Source: an uncultured archaeon (GTDB lineage Archaea > Asgardarchaeota > Jordiarchaeia > Jordiarchaeales > Jordiarchaeaceae). From it: 18,136 bases of DNA. Shown here one piece after another: positions 18,041 to 18,136 of the stretch. Position numbers and translations under genes: made by a program. Position 1 is the stretch's first letter. The number at the start of each line of letters is the position of its first letter. The notes below the pieces were generated by a model. It was not told the DNA's origin, searched no databases, and saw nothing but the letters and a program-made list of their open reading frames with translations. The stretch covers positions 1-18,136 of the forward strand of contig CAZECW010000161.1 of the NCBI GenBank assembly GCA_964510585.1. The letters run 5' to 3'.

Positions 18041-18136
18041 TTAAGCGTGTTTAGGCTGCCCTGTTTTCCTTCCCCGCCCTAAACTTTGCCGCGCTCCTCT
18101 CCCGGCTAGCGTTTCAAAAATGGTCTCCACTGTTTC
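18041..18136 (-). CDS. Possible C-terminus of a gene entering from the right edge
   Basis: Open minus frame ETVETIFETLAGRGARQSLGRGRKTGQPKHA* ending in TAA at 18041; too short to assign. Confidence 0.3.
   Translation of the reverse strand, partial: ETVETIFETLAGRGARQSLGRGRKTGQPKHA

Overview
Archaeal chromosomal window with archaeal TATA/BRE promoters, a thermosome and an Rpo6 with an RPB6-like C-terminal extension; a TACK or Asgard origin is inferred, not proven. From left to right it holds: the left end of an IS200/IS605 element inserted in a gamma-glutamyltransferase gene; LeuC/LeuD-type hydro-lyase subunits; a convergent beta-decarboxylating dehydrogenase; TrpRS; a minus-strand block of two large hypothetical genes plus an Rpn11/CSN5-like JAMM metalloprotease with a C-terminal membrane anchor; a divergent double zinc-ribbon protein; a fused ADP-forming acyl-CoA synthetase with a BioD-like/DRTGG partner; a creatininase-family protein; DUF169; a small helical protein; a GNAT; Rpo6; and a thermosome subunit. 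The best candidate for an undescribed system is the tail-anchored JAMM isopeptidase and its uncharacterised neighbours (5452-9489). No tRNA, rRNA or CRISPR array was seen. All calls come from motif recognition and hand inspection; no searches were run.
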